64,000 nt of DNA. It comes from a virus. Its lineage: Duplodnaviria; Caudoviricetes. This document shows positions 1-9,281 of the stretch, one piece after another. Each line of letters opens with the position of its first letter. The stretch's first letter is position 1. The stretch spans positions 1-64,000 of IMG/VR virus record IMGVR_UViG_3300014656_000001. The stretch is one strand, 5' to 3'. The notes under the pieces were generated by a model. The model searched no databases. It was not told the origin of the DNA and saw nothing but the letters and a program-made list of their open reading frames with translations. Both the position numbers and the translations under genes were made by a program.

Positions 1-38
1 CACAAACAAAAACTTATTATCGGTATGTACGTGAGACT

Positions 39-386
39 GTGAAATGTCCAAAATGCCATAAAGCAATTCCCAATAATCAGGGGCTTAATCTCAAAGTACC
101 TGTTGGATGTATTGCTTTTGTGGTTGATGAGAGAAGCAAAAAAATCTCTATTGGGTTTTCATACTGTCACAAGAGAGACACTTTTGTGAAAAAGAAAGCA
201 AGAATGATTGCTGAAGAACGGGCAAAAGCAGAACGCCACACAATCAGCGGTTTTCCTAACAATGCCAGTGTATGGTATATTACGTGCCAGAGATGGCATA
301 CTAAGATTGACAAGTTCAAACTCATCATGGATGGAATGATCGAACGAATTATCAATCACGAAAAGGAAATGTCCAATGCCGAATGA
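39..386 (+). CDS. hypothetical phage protein with N-terminal CxxC
   Basis: 115-aa ORF (MKCPKC...) overlapping the start of the next gene. Confidence 0.6.
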   Translation: MKCPKCHKAIPNNQGLNLKVPVGCIAFVVDERSKKISIGFSYCHKRDTFVKKKARMIAEERAKAERHTISGFPNNASVWYITCQRWHTKIDKFKLIMDGMIERIINHEKEMSNAE

Positions 387-879
387 CCTAGACTTTGAGA
401 AAGATATTCAGATTGACATACACAATCTGGATAAAGAACTGGAGATACAATCGTCTGTGTATTATAAGTACTCCAAACACATCACAGAATGCCGAAGAGT
501 AATGGATGAATCCAAATCACGTTTATCTCTAATCAAGGCAGAGATGGATAAATCCATACGGGACAATCCAGAAAAGTTTGGACTTACAAAAACAACAGAA
601 AGTGCAATCAACTCAGCTGTTCTCATGACAAACGAGTATCAAACAGCTGAATCAACTTTCAATAAAGCTTCATACGATTTCAATATGGCACTTTCAGCCG
701 TCCAGGCACTAGAGCATAAACGAACGGCTATGAGCGACTTGGTGAAGTTACACGCTCAGAATTACTACTCTGTGGCGGGGGGTTGTAAAATCAGAGAAGA
801 GTCAAAAGAAAAAGCAATCAAAGAACGTATGGCAGAAAAACAAAAAACAACTTCAAAACGAAGAGAAAGAAGGTCTTAA
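376..879 (+). CDS. uvsY: UvsY-like recombination mediator protein
   Basis: Helical 167-aa protein (DLDFEKDIQID...ALEHKRTAMSDLVKL) resembling T4 UvsY; sits next to SSB and RecA genes. Confidence 0.6.
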   Translation: MPNDLDFEKDIQIDIHNLDKELEIQSSVYYKYSKHITECRRVMDESKSRLSLIKAEMDKSIRDNPEKFGLTKTTESAINSAVLMTNEYQTAESTFNKASYDFNMALSAVQALEHKRTAMSDLVKLHAQNYYSVAGGCKIREESKEKAIKERMAEKQKTTSKRRERRS

Positions 880-881
880 CT

Positions 882-2033
882 ATGGCAAAGAAAAACGACG
901 CAAGACAACAAGCTTTACGTGACAAGATGCGAAAAAAGCATGAAAAAGAAAAACAGGGAATCGGTGGTGTTCTTTTCCAAGCTCCCAAGGGTGTCAGTAT
1001 GTTCGACATCACAAAAGCGGGAAAAGAAGCGAATGGGATGATTATTGTTGATATTGAAATTGTACCTTTCAAAGTCAATAATCCCAATCCAAACGAACCT
1101 GCTGAAAAAGGTGATGAGTGGCACATGGCAAGTGTTTACGCTCACCATAATCAGGGAGTGGACGGGAAGACAACTGTTGTATGTTTGGCAAAGACACACA
1201 AAGAGAAATGCTCCGTTTGTGACTTTCTCCAAAAAAACAGGGCAGAGTTAACTGACAAAGAATACTACGACCAAAAACCAAAAAAGTATGATGTGTTCAA
1301 CGTCATTAATCTTTCAGAAAAAGACGAACCCATACAGGTTTTCATGGAAAAGTCCACAAAATTTTACAACAAGCTTCAAGATGAAATAACTGGAGCTGAG
1401 GCATTGGGAGATGATGTCGGACTGGATTATCCATGGTTGGTTGGTGGTAAAACTCTTCGTTGCCGCTTCAAGTCTGATGTGTACAACAAAACAAAATACT
1501 GGATGCTGGATCGTGTAGATTTTGTTGACCGTGAAGATTACGATGATGCTATTTTGGAAGAATCAGTTGATTTATTTTCGTGCATCAAACACCCAAAATA
1601 TGATGATGTGCTGGCCGAACTGTATGGTGAATCTGCTGAATCTTCTGAAGATTCAAATGATGATACTGAAGAAACAACATCACCCCGAAACAGACGCAAA
1701 GCAAAACCAGCAGATGAAGATGAAGTGGAAGAACCAACTCCAGATGAAGAGGACGTTCAAGATGAATCTCCTCCAAGACGAGAAAAGAAAACACCAAAGT
1801 CTGAAGGGAAATGTCCCTTTGGGCACAGATTTGGAGTGGACGTAAACGTGAAAGATGAGTGCTTCGAATGTGACAACTGGGATGCTTGCGAACAGGCTTC
1901 AAAAGAAGAAGCTCCTCCCCCAGAAGAACCAAAAGAAGAAAAGAAAACACGTACTCGAAAAAAAGCAGATGAACCCACACCAGATGACGATACAACAGAA
2001 GAACCAAAACGCCGGCGCCGCACACGAAGTTGA
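882..2033 (+). CDS. gp32-like single-stranded DNA-binding protein with long acidic tail
   Basis: HH...CLAKTHKEKCSVCD Zn motif, KKYDVFNVI strand, very acidic low-complexity C-terminal half, module position. Confidence 0.7.
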   Translation: MAKKNDARQQALRDKMRKKHEKEKQGIGGVLFQAPKGVSMFDITKAGKEANGMIIVDIEIVPFKVNNPNPNEPAEKGDEWHMASVYAHHNQGVDGKTTVVCLAKTHKEKCSVCDFLQKNRAELTDKEYYDQKPKKYDVFNVINLSEKDEPIQVFMEKSTKFYNKLQDEITGAEALGDDVGLDYPWLVGGKTLRCRFKSDVYNKTKYWMLDRVDFVDREDYDDAILEESVDLFSCIKHPKYDDVLAELYGESAESSEDSNDDTEETTSPRNRRKAKPADEDEVEEPTPDEEDVQDESPPRREKKTPKSEGKCPFGHRFGVDVNVKDECFECDNWDACEQASKEEAPPPEEPKEEKKTRTRKKADEPTPDDDTTEEPKRRRRTRS

Positions 2034-2043
2034 CAGAAAGGAA

Positions 2044-2070
2044 TCAGTGGGGGTCTCGGCCCCCACTGTT
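2044..2070 (+). terminator. stem-loop after SSB gene
   Basis: cagtggggg-tctcgg-cccccactg perfect 9-bp stem; only a short T-rich tail. Confidence 0.45.
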
Positions 2071-2078
2071 AATTAATC

Positions 2079-2288
2079 ATGTCTCCAAGAAAAGTAAAAC
2101 AAACAATCAGTACGACACAGGCTATCGACATAGCCGATACTATGGGAATCCCCATGTCATTACCTACTCTAATTTCTATCATCAAAAAACAAAAACTGGG
2201 ATTCCAATTGAATGGAAAGTTCTCAGATTGGAAGATCGACCAAGAAAAATGGGAGAGATATCTAAAAGATGCCACGAAAAATGACTGA
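2079..2288 (+). CDS. small HTH-like DNA-binding protein
   Basis: 69 aa (ISTTQAIDIA..SLPTLISII..GKFSDWKID), excisionase/HTH-like pattern. Confidence 0.45.
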   Translation: MSPRKVKQTISTTQAIDIADTMGIPMSLPTLISIIKKQKLGFQLNGKFSDWKIDQEKWERYLKDATKND

Positions 2289-3375
2289 TAAAACATCGTC
2301 CATAAAAAGAGGGTTGGAAAGAACATCACCTCCAGAAAAGAAACTTGTGTTGTTACCCACAGGCTCTACCATGTTGAATCTTGCTTGCTCCGATTCACCT
2401 TTTGTGGGGTTTGCCGCAGGTACTGTTGTGAATATTGTAGGGGATAAGTCAGCCGGGAAGACCCTTCTCACTCTGACTTGTATGGCTTGTATAGCTAATG
2501 ATAAAAAATACGATGATTATAAAATCATTTATGACGATGCCGAACACGCAAGCCAGTTCGATATAGAGTACCTCTTTGGAAAGAAAACATCCGAAAGAAT
2601 AGAACCTCCAAGAAGAGACAAAGAAGGGTTTCCACACAGCTCTAGTAATGTTGAAGAGTTCTGGGCACATATCGGTTTACGAATAAAGAAAAATGAAAAG
2701 TTTATATATGTACTGGACTCATACGACTCACTGGGTTCAGACGAGGATGTTGCTTTTGAAAAAGCTCTGATAGCGGGTATCGAAAAAGACAAAGAAGTAA
2801 AAGAGGGTGGGGGTTATGGCACAAAGGGGGCAAAAACGTTATCAAAAATGTTTCGAACAATTATAGAGGGGCTGAAAGCTACAGAATCCCTTTTGATTGT
2901 AGTGTCTCAGGTGCGGGAAACAATTAATGCTCTTCCATTCCAAAAGAAATATTATCGAGCTGGGGGAAAAGCCCTTGGACATTACGCTTTTCATGAAATC
3001 TGGCTGAGAGTGGATGGACAAATCAAAGAAACAAAATCAAAACGTATCATAGGACACACGGTTACTGCCACTACTGATAAGAATAAAGTAACAGGTAAAC
3101 TGCGTACAGCCTCATTCAATACATATTATGATTATGGTGTGGACGATACCACATCATGTGTGGAGTTCATGATAAAAGAAGGGGGATGGAAAAAAGACAA
3201 CTCTCCAATAGTACCTGTTGGATTATGGGAAGATCAAAGATTCCAAAACAAAAACGTACTGGTTGAAGCTATTGAATCCAACAATGAAGAAAAGAAACTA
3301 GCAATGATATGTGGTAGAAAATGGAGAGAGATTGAAGACAGTTTGAAACTGAACAGAAAGAGACGGTTCTTCTGA
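2269..3375 (+). CDS. recA: RecA/UvsX-like recombinase
   Basis: LPTGSTMLNLA, Walker A GDKSAGKT, Walker B YVLDSYDSL, VVSQVRE, GGKALGHYA. Confidence 0.92.
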   Translation: MPRKMTDKTSSIKRGLERTSPPEKKLVLLPTGSTMLNLACSDSPFVGFAAGTVVNIVGDKSAGKTLLTLTCMACIANDKKYDDYKIIYDDAEHASQFDIEYLFGKKTSERIEPPRRDKEGFPHSSSNVEEFWAHIGLRIKKNEKFIYVLDSYDSLGSDEDVAFEKALIAGIEKDKEVKEGGGYGTKGAKTLSKMFRTIIEGLKATESLLIVVSQVRETINALPFQKKYYRAGGKALGHYAFHEIWLRVDGQIKETKSKRIIGHTVTATTDKNKVTGKLRTASFNTYYDYGVDDTTSCVEFMIKEGGWKKDNSPIVPVGLWEDQRFQNKNVLVEAIESNNEEKKLAMICGRKWREIEDSLKLNRKRRFF

Positions 3376-3377
3376 CA

Positions 3378-3659
3378 ATGAATAGAGCTGATTTGCTTTC
3401 ATCGTATATGTTACGGGTGGAAAATATACTCCCTCCAAACGACAACAGAGACATTTTGATATGGGTTCCAGGTATAAAATCCTTTATCGTTCGCAAATCA
3501 CACATAGCAAGAACCGATGCTGAGAGATTCTTGGAAGAGATGAAAGACGATATACCCTTCACATCTTCTGAGTGGGCGGGTGATCGTTTATTTTCTCATT
3601 GGTTTCCACTATCACCCCCAAAAGATTCAGGCTTTGAATGTCTAAAGAAAGGGAAATAA
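3378..3659 (+). CDS. hypothetical protein
   Basis: 93-aa ORF tightly packed in the operon. Confidence 0.55.
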   Translation: MNRADLLSSYMLRVENILPPNDNRDILIWVPGIKSFIVRKSHIARTDAERFLEEMKDDIPFTSSEWAGDRLFSHWFPLSPPKDSGFECLKKGK

Positions 3660-3660
3660 A

Positions 3661-4176
3661 ATGGATGTATTTGTGGGTATAGACCCTGGTAAGAAAGGTG
3701 CTATTTGTTTTTTAAGTGAAGAAAACAAAACACTAATTATTGATTGGCCAAAAACAGATAACGTTTCAGACATGATTGATACAATTGAACGATCGTATGA
3801 AGACACAACATGTCATGGTGAGATGGAGACTTATTCGTTTGCAAATAATGTAACACTTGCTGTATTGGAAAAGGTATCGGCCATGCCTAAGCAAGGTGTT
3901 ACTTCTGTGTTTTCATTTGGACAGAACTATGGCATGTGGCTGGCTATTTGTGCGTTCTATTCATGGCCTACTCAACTAATAACACCTGTGCAATGGCGTA
4001 AGGGAATCATCACACCCAAAGACGGGAGTACAACAAAGATAGCTAATTACAATGTGGCTTCCCGGCTTTACCCTCACATAAAATCTGAATTAAATGGTAA
4101 ACGTGGGGGATTGTTGGATGGCAGAGTAGATGCGTTGCTCATGGCGCATAAAGCAAAAATGATATGTCAAAAATAG
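3661..4176 (+). CDS. ruvC: RuvC-like Holliday junction resolvase
   Basis: FVGIDPGKKGA, LEKV, SVFSFGQNYG, DGRVDALL acidic catalytic motifs. Confidence 0.88.
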   Translation: MDVFVGIDPGKKGAICFLSEENKTLIIDWPKTDNVSDMIDTIERSYEDTTCHGEMETYSFANNVTLAVLEKVSAMPKQGVTSVFSFGQNYGMWLAICAFYSWPTQLITPVQWRKGIITPKDGSTTKIANYNVASRLYPHIKSELNGKRGGLLDGRVDALLMAHKAKMICQK

Positions 4177-4288
4177 AACTTAATAAACAGCAGGTTGATC
4201 TTATCATTGAAGCATTGAGATATGGAATCAGAGAAGCCCCTGTTCAAGATGCTTACAATGCCAGATGTGGAAAAAGGAATGGATACAA

Positions 4289-5233
4289 ATGCCTCGAACT
4301 AAGTCTAAGAATGATGCGAAAATACAAAGAAAAATACTTCAAAAAGTGACACTCAAGAATTTTCAGTGCCATACAGACAAGACGTTCGATCTGTCTGAGG
4401 GAGTTAATGTTTTTGTGGGAAAATCTGATTCTGGAAAGACGGCAATCTATAGAGCTATTGTGTGGGTGTTGTTTAATAAACCTTCTGGTGATGCGTACAG
4501 AACCAGAGGGGTTACGGGGGATACTTCTGTCACATTAACCTTTAGTGATGGAACGATCACCCGCACTAGAGGAGATAGTGAAAACTCATACACAATTAAT
4601 GGAAAGAAGTACAACACTATTGGAGCGGGTGTTCCAGAAGAGATCGAACGTTTTATCAACATGAACGATGTGAACCTATGTGGACAGTTCTCCCCCCCAT
4701 TTCTTCTTTCCATGTCACCTGGAGAAGCAGCTAGATATATGAACGGTGTGGTGAATTTAGATGTGATCGACAACACCATGAAAGCCATAAACAAGACCAT
4801 AAGTTCCATAAAAACAGATGAGAGAGCTTGTGAACAAAACTTAGAAAAACTAAAAGGGGAATGGCAGAAATTATCATTTGCAAAAACAGCAAAAGAGATT
4901 GCGAATGGGATTACAACAGACACACAAAATATAAGCAAGAAGAAAGAAACATTAAATCAAATCATCGACAAGTTCAATCAGTGGGATGAACTGGAAGAAT
5001 CTTTAGAGAACGTCCCCAAAGTCAATATGAAAGAACTGGATGATTTGACCTCCCTTCAAAAAAAGATCGAGAATAAAGAAGGGGAAATTGATAGCATAAC
5101 AGCCCCCCTGAATTTATGGAAACTTAACGAAAGAAATCTGAAGGACACTTTGTATAATCTAAGTGTTGCTGAAAAACGATTGAAAGAAATAACACCCGAA
5201 ACTTGTCCTCTTTGTGGCAATAAAATGAGGTAA
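4289..5233 (+). CDS. sbcC: SbcC/Rad50-like ATPase, N-terminal half (Walker A, coiled coil, CxxC hook)
   Basis: LKNFQCH, GKSDSGKTAI, Q-loop GQFSPPFLL, coiled coil, ends TCPLCG; no signature or Walker B; start moved to MPRTK after an AAAGGA RBS. Confidence 0.85.
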   Translation: MPRTKSKNDAKIQRKILQKVTLKNFQCHTDKTFDLSEGVNVFVGKSDSGKTAIYRAIVWVLFNKPSGDAYRTRGVTGDTSVTLTFSDGTITRTRGDSENSYTINGKKYNTIGAGVPEEIERFINMNDVNLCGQFSPPFLLSMSPGEAARYMNGVVNLDVIDNTMKAINKTISSIKTDERACEQNLEKLKGEWQKLSFAKTAKEIANGITTDTQNISKKKETLNQIIDKFNQWDELEESLENVPKVNMKELDDLTSLQKKIENKEGEIDSITAPLNLWKLNERNLKDTLYNLSVAEKRLKEITPETCPLCGNKMR

Positions 5234-5235
5234 TT

Positions 5236-6117
5236 ATGAAAAAGAAACCATCAAAACCCATATTAAAAAACAGACCTGCATGTAATGTAATTGTGACAGG
5301 TGATTGGCACTTACGGGAAGACACCCCTCCATGCCGCACAGATAATTTTCTGGACACACAAAAAAGAAAGTTGCAGTTCATACACGAATTGGTAAGTGAG
5401 CACGATGCCGAAATCATTCATACGGGCGATTTATTTCACAAACCCAAACCATCACCTTTCATGCTATCGTGGGCGATAGAAAACATTCCAAGAGATATGC
5501 TTGTTATTCCAGGCAATCACGATCTTCCCGGTAATAATATGGCAAATTACGAACATTCTGGATTACGAACACTGGAAGCATCGGGTGTTATCACAACCAT
5601 AGACCAACCAGGATCACATGATTTTTTTGGTATACCTTTTTATATTGTTCATGCATACATAGACGATGAACATCAACATTGGATGGAAGATAGTTGTCTT
5701 GCTGAAAACTTCATGAAAACATTACCACCACACATTCCCTATGTGCTGACAGGGGACAATCACAAATCATTTACATGGAGTGCTGGTGATGATGAACCCA
5801 TACTTATTAATCCAGGGAGCCTAACACGACAGACAATTGATTCCATAGATCACCGACCATGTGTTTATCTAATAACAACAGAAGGTGTAGTGTTTACTCA
5901 TTATGTTGATATTGAAGATGCAGATGATGTGTTTGGTTCGGAATATATCAAGAAAGAAAAAGAAAGAAACAACGAGAACATCCAAAAGTTCATCGAGCAA
6001 TTGGGGGAACAAGCCGAATTGGGGTTGAGCTTTGAAGAGAATCTGAAAAAGTTCATCATGAAAAACAAAATAGAAGAGAGGGTACAACAGTACATCCAAA
6101 CAGCATTGGGAGAGTGA
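5236..6117 (+). CDS. sbcD: SbcD/Mre11-like metallophosphoesterase nuclease
   Basis: GDWH, GDLFH, PGNHD, GDNH, NPGS motifs. Confidence 0.9.
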   Translation: MKKKPSKPILKNRPACNVIVTGDWHLREDTPPCRTDNFLDTQKRKLQFIHELVSEHDAEIIHTGDLFHKPKPSPFMLSWAIENIPRDMLVIPGNHDLPGNNMANYEHSGLRTLEASGVITTIDQPGSHDFFGIPFYIVHAYIDDEHQHWMEDSCLAENFMKTLPPHIPYVLTGDNHKSFTWSAGDDEPILINPGSLTRQTIDSIDHRPCVYLITTEGVVFTHYVDIEDADDVFGSEYIKKEKERNNENIQKFIEQLGEQAELGLSFEENLKKFIMKNKIEERVQQYIQTALGE

Positions 6118-6371
6118 GAATGAATACAGCACAAGAGATACTGAACTTACGTGATACGATAAGTGGTTTGAAATCTAAAAAAGAAACCACTGAAGAATCT
6201 ATCAAGAAGACAAAAAATACATTGGCTAAGTTGTGTGGTCTTAACGCAAAAACAATCACTCTGGAAGATGTGGAAAATATCATCGATTTCAAAGAAGAAG
6301 AAGTAACCAAATTAGAATGTTCACTGGAACAGAAAATTGAAAAGTTACAGGAGGTTCTTCGTGGACAGTAA
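6114..6371 (+). CDS. small coiled-coil protein, possibly a middle piece of the split Rad50
   Basis: 85 aa of heptad-rich helix between sbcD and the SbcC C-half. Confidence 0.6.
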   Translation: MRMNTAQEILNLRDTISGLKSKKETTEESIKKTKNTLAKLCGLNAKTITLEDVENIIDFKEEEVTKLECSLEQKIEKLQEVLRGQ

Positions 6372-6948
6372 TAAACTTTCCGAACTTTTGAGTAATGTCG
6401 ATAGGTGTTACGGTCAATTAGAATACGTAAGGGAATCACTCATTTCTACCAAAAAAGAGTTGTCAAAAACCAAGAAAGAAATTGAATACGCTGAGAAAGC
6501 CAGAGCCATCATTCAGAAAGTAGCCAAAGAAACACAACAACAGGTACAAATGAAAGTGTCTTCGCTAGCCACTATGGGGATGAATGCTGTGTTTGACGAC
6601 CCCTACGAAATGGAACTTCAGTTTGTGGAACGAAGAAACAAGACCGAATTAGACTTTGTGTTCAAACGGAATGGGCATGAGTTTTCCCCTTTGGATTCAA
6701 GCGGGGGTGGGGCTATAGACGTAGCTACTCTTACACTTCAAATCTGTATGCTGTCCATCCACTTTCCAAAAAAACGAATGATACTGGTGATGGATGAGCC
6801 TCTCAAGTGGCTCAAGGGAAAAGACTACCCAGAACGGGGGGCGCAATTGATAAAAGAAATCAGCGATAAGTTAGGGATACAGATTATTATGATTTCTCAC
6901 GATCCTCAGTTGATCGATTCAGCTGATAGAATATTTGAAATAACTTAG
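6361..6948 (+). CDS. sbcC: SbcC/Rad50-like ATPase, C-terminal half
   Basis: Coiled coil, signature SSGGG, Walker B LVMDEP, H-loop ISHD; GTG start at 6361 after GGAGG. Confidence 0.85.
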   Translation: MDSNKLSELLSNVDRCYGQLEYVRESLISTKKELSKTKKEIEYAEKARAIIQKVAKETQQQVQMKVSSLATMGMNAVFDDPYEMELQFVERRNKTELDFVFKRNGHEFSPLDSSGGGAIDVATLTLQICMLSIHFPKKRMILVMDEPLKWLKGKDYPERGAQLIKEISDKLGIQIIMISHDPQLIDSADRIFEIT

Positions 6949-6959
6949 GAGATAAAAAA

Positions 6960-7316
6960 ATGAAGAGCTTACTTAGAATATGGTTTGTAATCACGTCTGT
7001 GACTTTTATAACACTTCTATTTATTTATATTAATCGTAATCAAAACGGTCATTTTGGAGCAGTAGCGGCAGAGACCGAAGAAATGGTTGATGTAACGTTT
7101 GTAGACCCACAAATTAATGATAATTATAAGTATGACAGACAGTCTGCTTGGGCTACAGGAACTGTTTTGTCCGTAACAGACATGATACCTTCAGTTTATC
7201 AGATGGAAATGCAGGAAACAGATCATGCTTTCGATGTAGATGTACTTGCATCTTCATATACGATAACACCCATTAAAGGCGGCTTCAATATATTTATTCC
7301 GAAGAAGGGTGAATAG
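6960..7316 (+). CDS. membrane-anchored hypothetical protein
   Basis: N-terminal hydrophobic helix. Confidence 0.55.
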   Translation: MKSLLRIWFVITSVTFITLLFIYINRNQNGHFGAVAAETEEMVDVTFVDPQINDNYKYDRQSAWATGTVLSVTDMIPSVYQMEMQETDHAFDVDVLASSYTITPIKGGFNIFIPKKGE

Positions 7317-7319
7317 ATA

Positions 7320-7517
7320 ATGGACTTAATAACAGGAACATTGATTTATTTTGTCGCGTTTTGGATTGGTGCTATTGTGTCTTTAGATTCTACATGTGCA
7401 AAACATAAGAGGGATGATTCTTTTAGAAGGCTTTGGGATGCTATATTGTTAATACACGGAATTTCAATAATTGTGCTATTTATTATACTGCTTATGAAAG
7501 GGATTTTATCTTTATGA
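7320..7517 (+). CDS. 2-TM membrane protein, MDLITG family copy 1
   Basis: Paralogous to 7565-7759 and 8728-8916. Confidence 0.65.
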   Translation: MDLITGTLIYFVAFWIGAIVSLDSTCAKHKRDDSFRRLWDAILLIHGISIIVLFIILLMKGILSL

Positions 7518-7564
7518 GTAATTTCCTGAAGCATTTATTTATTCCGAAGAAAGGTGAATAGATA

Positions 7565-7759
7565 ATGGATTTGATAACGGGAGCATTGATTTACTTTGTT
7601 GCGTTTTGGATCGGTGCGTTTATCTCTTACTGTTATAACTATGCCAAAAGTGTTGGAGATAAACCTTTTGAAGAATTTTTTAATGCTATATTGGTTTTAC
7701 ATGGCATCTCAGCAATTATACTATTTGTTATGCTGATCGTGAAAGGGGTTTTACGATGA
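7565..7759 (+). CDS. 2-TM membrane protein, MDLITG family copy 2
   Basis: Differences between paralogues are mostly synonymous, which supports coding. Confidence 0.65.
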   Translation: MDLITGALIYFVAFWIGAFISYCYNYAKSVGDKPFEEFFNAILVLHGISAIILFVMLIVKGVLR

Positions 7760-7854
7760 GTAATTTCCTGAAGCATCTATTGTTTATAGCAGGTTCCGGG
7801 ATTGCCTTGTTTGTTGCTTATTGGGTATTAGTACTGTACTTTCATATATACTAA
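7756..7854 (+). CDS. 32-aa membrane peptide (MSNFLKHLLFIAGSG...), below the ORF-track cutoff
   Basis: Translated by hand; ATGA overlap with the previous gene; paralogue at 8913-9014. Confidence 0.55.
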   Translation: MSNFLKHLLFIAGSGIALFVAYWVLVLYFHIY

Positions 7855-7871
7855 AAAAGAGGTAGATTTAT

Positions 7872-8096
7872 ATGAGTAAGGTATATGAAATTAATAGAAG
7901 TAAAATAGATGACTTCAAATTTGTAGCAATTTATGGAAATCCAAGAAAGATTTTAGGTTCAAATTTTAAGGTTGCGTTAAAACGTATCTTAAAAAAGAAA
8001 AGAATCAAAGAGGCAAAAATTTATACAAAACCATCAATACCATCACAGGCTGACTGTGTGCATAACTATAAATCTGGGTATTCCAAAGGAAAATAA
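7872..8096 (+). CDS. basic hypothetical protein
   Basis: 74 aa, GAGG RBS. Confidence 0.5.
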   Translation: MSKVYEINRSKIDDFKFVAIYGNPRKILGSNFKVALKRILKKKRIKEAKIYTKPSIPSQADCVHNYKSGYSKGK

Positions 8097-8101
8097 ATAA
8101 A

Positions 8102-8365
8102 ATGGTTTGTTCAAAGTGCAAAAAAGAAATTCAAGACTGTGAGTGTATTCCAATTCGTGGGCGAAATAAGGTTAATTCTGCCCAAAAGTCTGCTTTAATA
8201 CGAGAAATGGGGGAAGTATTGAAAATAGTGGCCGGTTGTGATCCACTACAATTTTTCGATTCGTATTGTGATTATTGTGAAGGTGAGGAACACACACCTG
8301 ATTGCTTATATGTTAAAGCAAAAAATATTCTCAAAAAGGCCAAGAAAGCGAGATTGATAAAATGA
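8102..8365 (+). CDS. Cys-rich hypothetical protein
   Basis: CxxC, CxC, CDYCEGEEHTPDC. Confidence 0.55.
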   Translation: MVCSKCKKEIQDCECIPIRGRNKVNSAQKSALIREMGEVLKIVAGCDPLQFFDSYCDYCEGEEHTPDCLYVKAKNILKKAKKARLIK

Positions 8366-8727
8366 CTATTCAAGAACTCAAAGCAAAGATTGAAACCAAC
8401 CCTGAGCCTTTTATTGGGGCTATGTATGAGAAGAATGGATATATACTAGATGAAGATGGATTATCTTGGGGAATGCTTATCTATCACAATATGGAATTAG
8501 GCATACAAAATGATTGTCAACCTCTTCACTCCGAAGAGGCTCCACGTTCAGCACTGCGGGAGTTCGAACTGAAGGGGTATGATGATTTGTATGTTTTTGC
8601 ATTGCGTCGAATATTGGATATTGATAATGATGATTGGAGCATATCTGCTTGGTATAAAGTATTGACAGCATCCGCCATAGATCGTTTCACTGCACTCTGT
8701 TGGGTAGGGGGAATTAAAGGAGAATAA
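8362..8727 (+). CDS. hypothetical protein
   Basis: 121 aa, ATGA overlap. Confidence 0.55.
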   Translation: MTIQELKAKIETNPEPFIGAMYEKNGYILDEDGLSWGMLIYHNMELGIQNDCQPLHSEEAPRSALREFELKGYDDLYVFALRRILDIDNDDWSISAWYKVLTASAIDRFTALCWVGGIKGE

Positions 8728-8916
8728 ATGATGGACTTAATAACAGGAACATTGATTTATTTCGTAGCGTTTTGGATCGGTGCTTTATCTTCCATGATAT
8801 CCGAATCTATTGAAGATAAAGCTTTCAGAATATTTCTTGTTACTGTGTTGTGGATGCATGGAGTCACGACAATTATATTATTTGCTATGTTGATCGTGAA
8901 AGGAGTTTTGTTATGA
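8728..8916 (+). CDS. 2-TM membrane protein, MDLITG family copy 3
   Basis: Paralogue of 7320 and 7565; GGAG RBS. Confidence 0.65.
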   Translation: MMDLITGTLIYFVAFWIGALSSMISESIEDKAFRIFLVTVLWMHGVTTIILFAMLIVKGVLL

Positions 8917-9014
8917 TGAATAATTTACTGAAGCATCTATTGCTTATAGCGGGTTCTGGGATCGCCTTGTTTATTGGGTATTGGGTATTGGTATTATATC
9001 TTCATATATACTAG
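8913..9014 (+). CDS. 33-aa membrane peptide (MMNNLLKHLLLIAGSG...)
   Basis: Paralogue of 7756-7854. Confidence 0.55.
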   Translation: MMNNLLKHLLLIAGSGIALFIGYWVLVLYLHIY

Positions 9015-9029
9015 AAAGGTCTAAATAAA

Positions 9030-9281
9030 ATGACAAGTCAAAAACCATACGAGACATTCAATAGCGAAGAAGAGGCTGTTGCCTTTGCAAAAAAGCATAG
9101 GCTAAAAGTTGTAAAAGGCAAGGGTGATTTATACTTTGCTGGAACATGGAAAGAACCCATGTTGGCTACAGTTTATAAGCCTAAAAAACTTGCAGATAAG
9201 ATGCCAAGAAAACGGTGTTTGTTCCCCAACCCACTGGATGCCGATACCGCCACTGCCGGATGGGGAATTAAAGGAGAATAA
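9030..9281 (+). CDS. hypothetical protein
   Basis: 83 aa. Confidence 0.5.
   Translation: MTSQKPYETFNSEEEAVAFAKKHRLKVVKGKGDLYFAGTWKEPMLATVYKPKKLADKMPRKRCLFPNPLDADTATAGWGIKGE

Noticed and set aside
7320-8916. Diversity-generating retroelement TR/VR pair
   Set aside because: Differences between paralogues are mostly synonymous and not adenine-specific; no reverse transcriptase is present.
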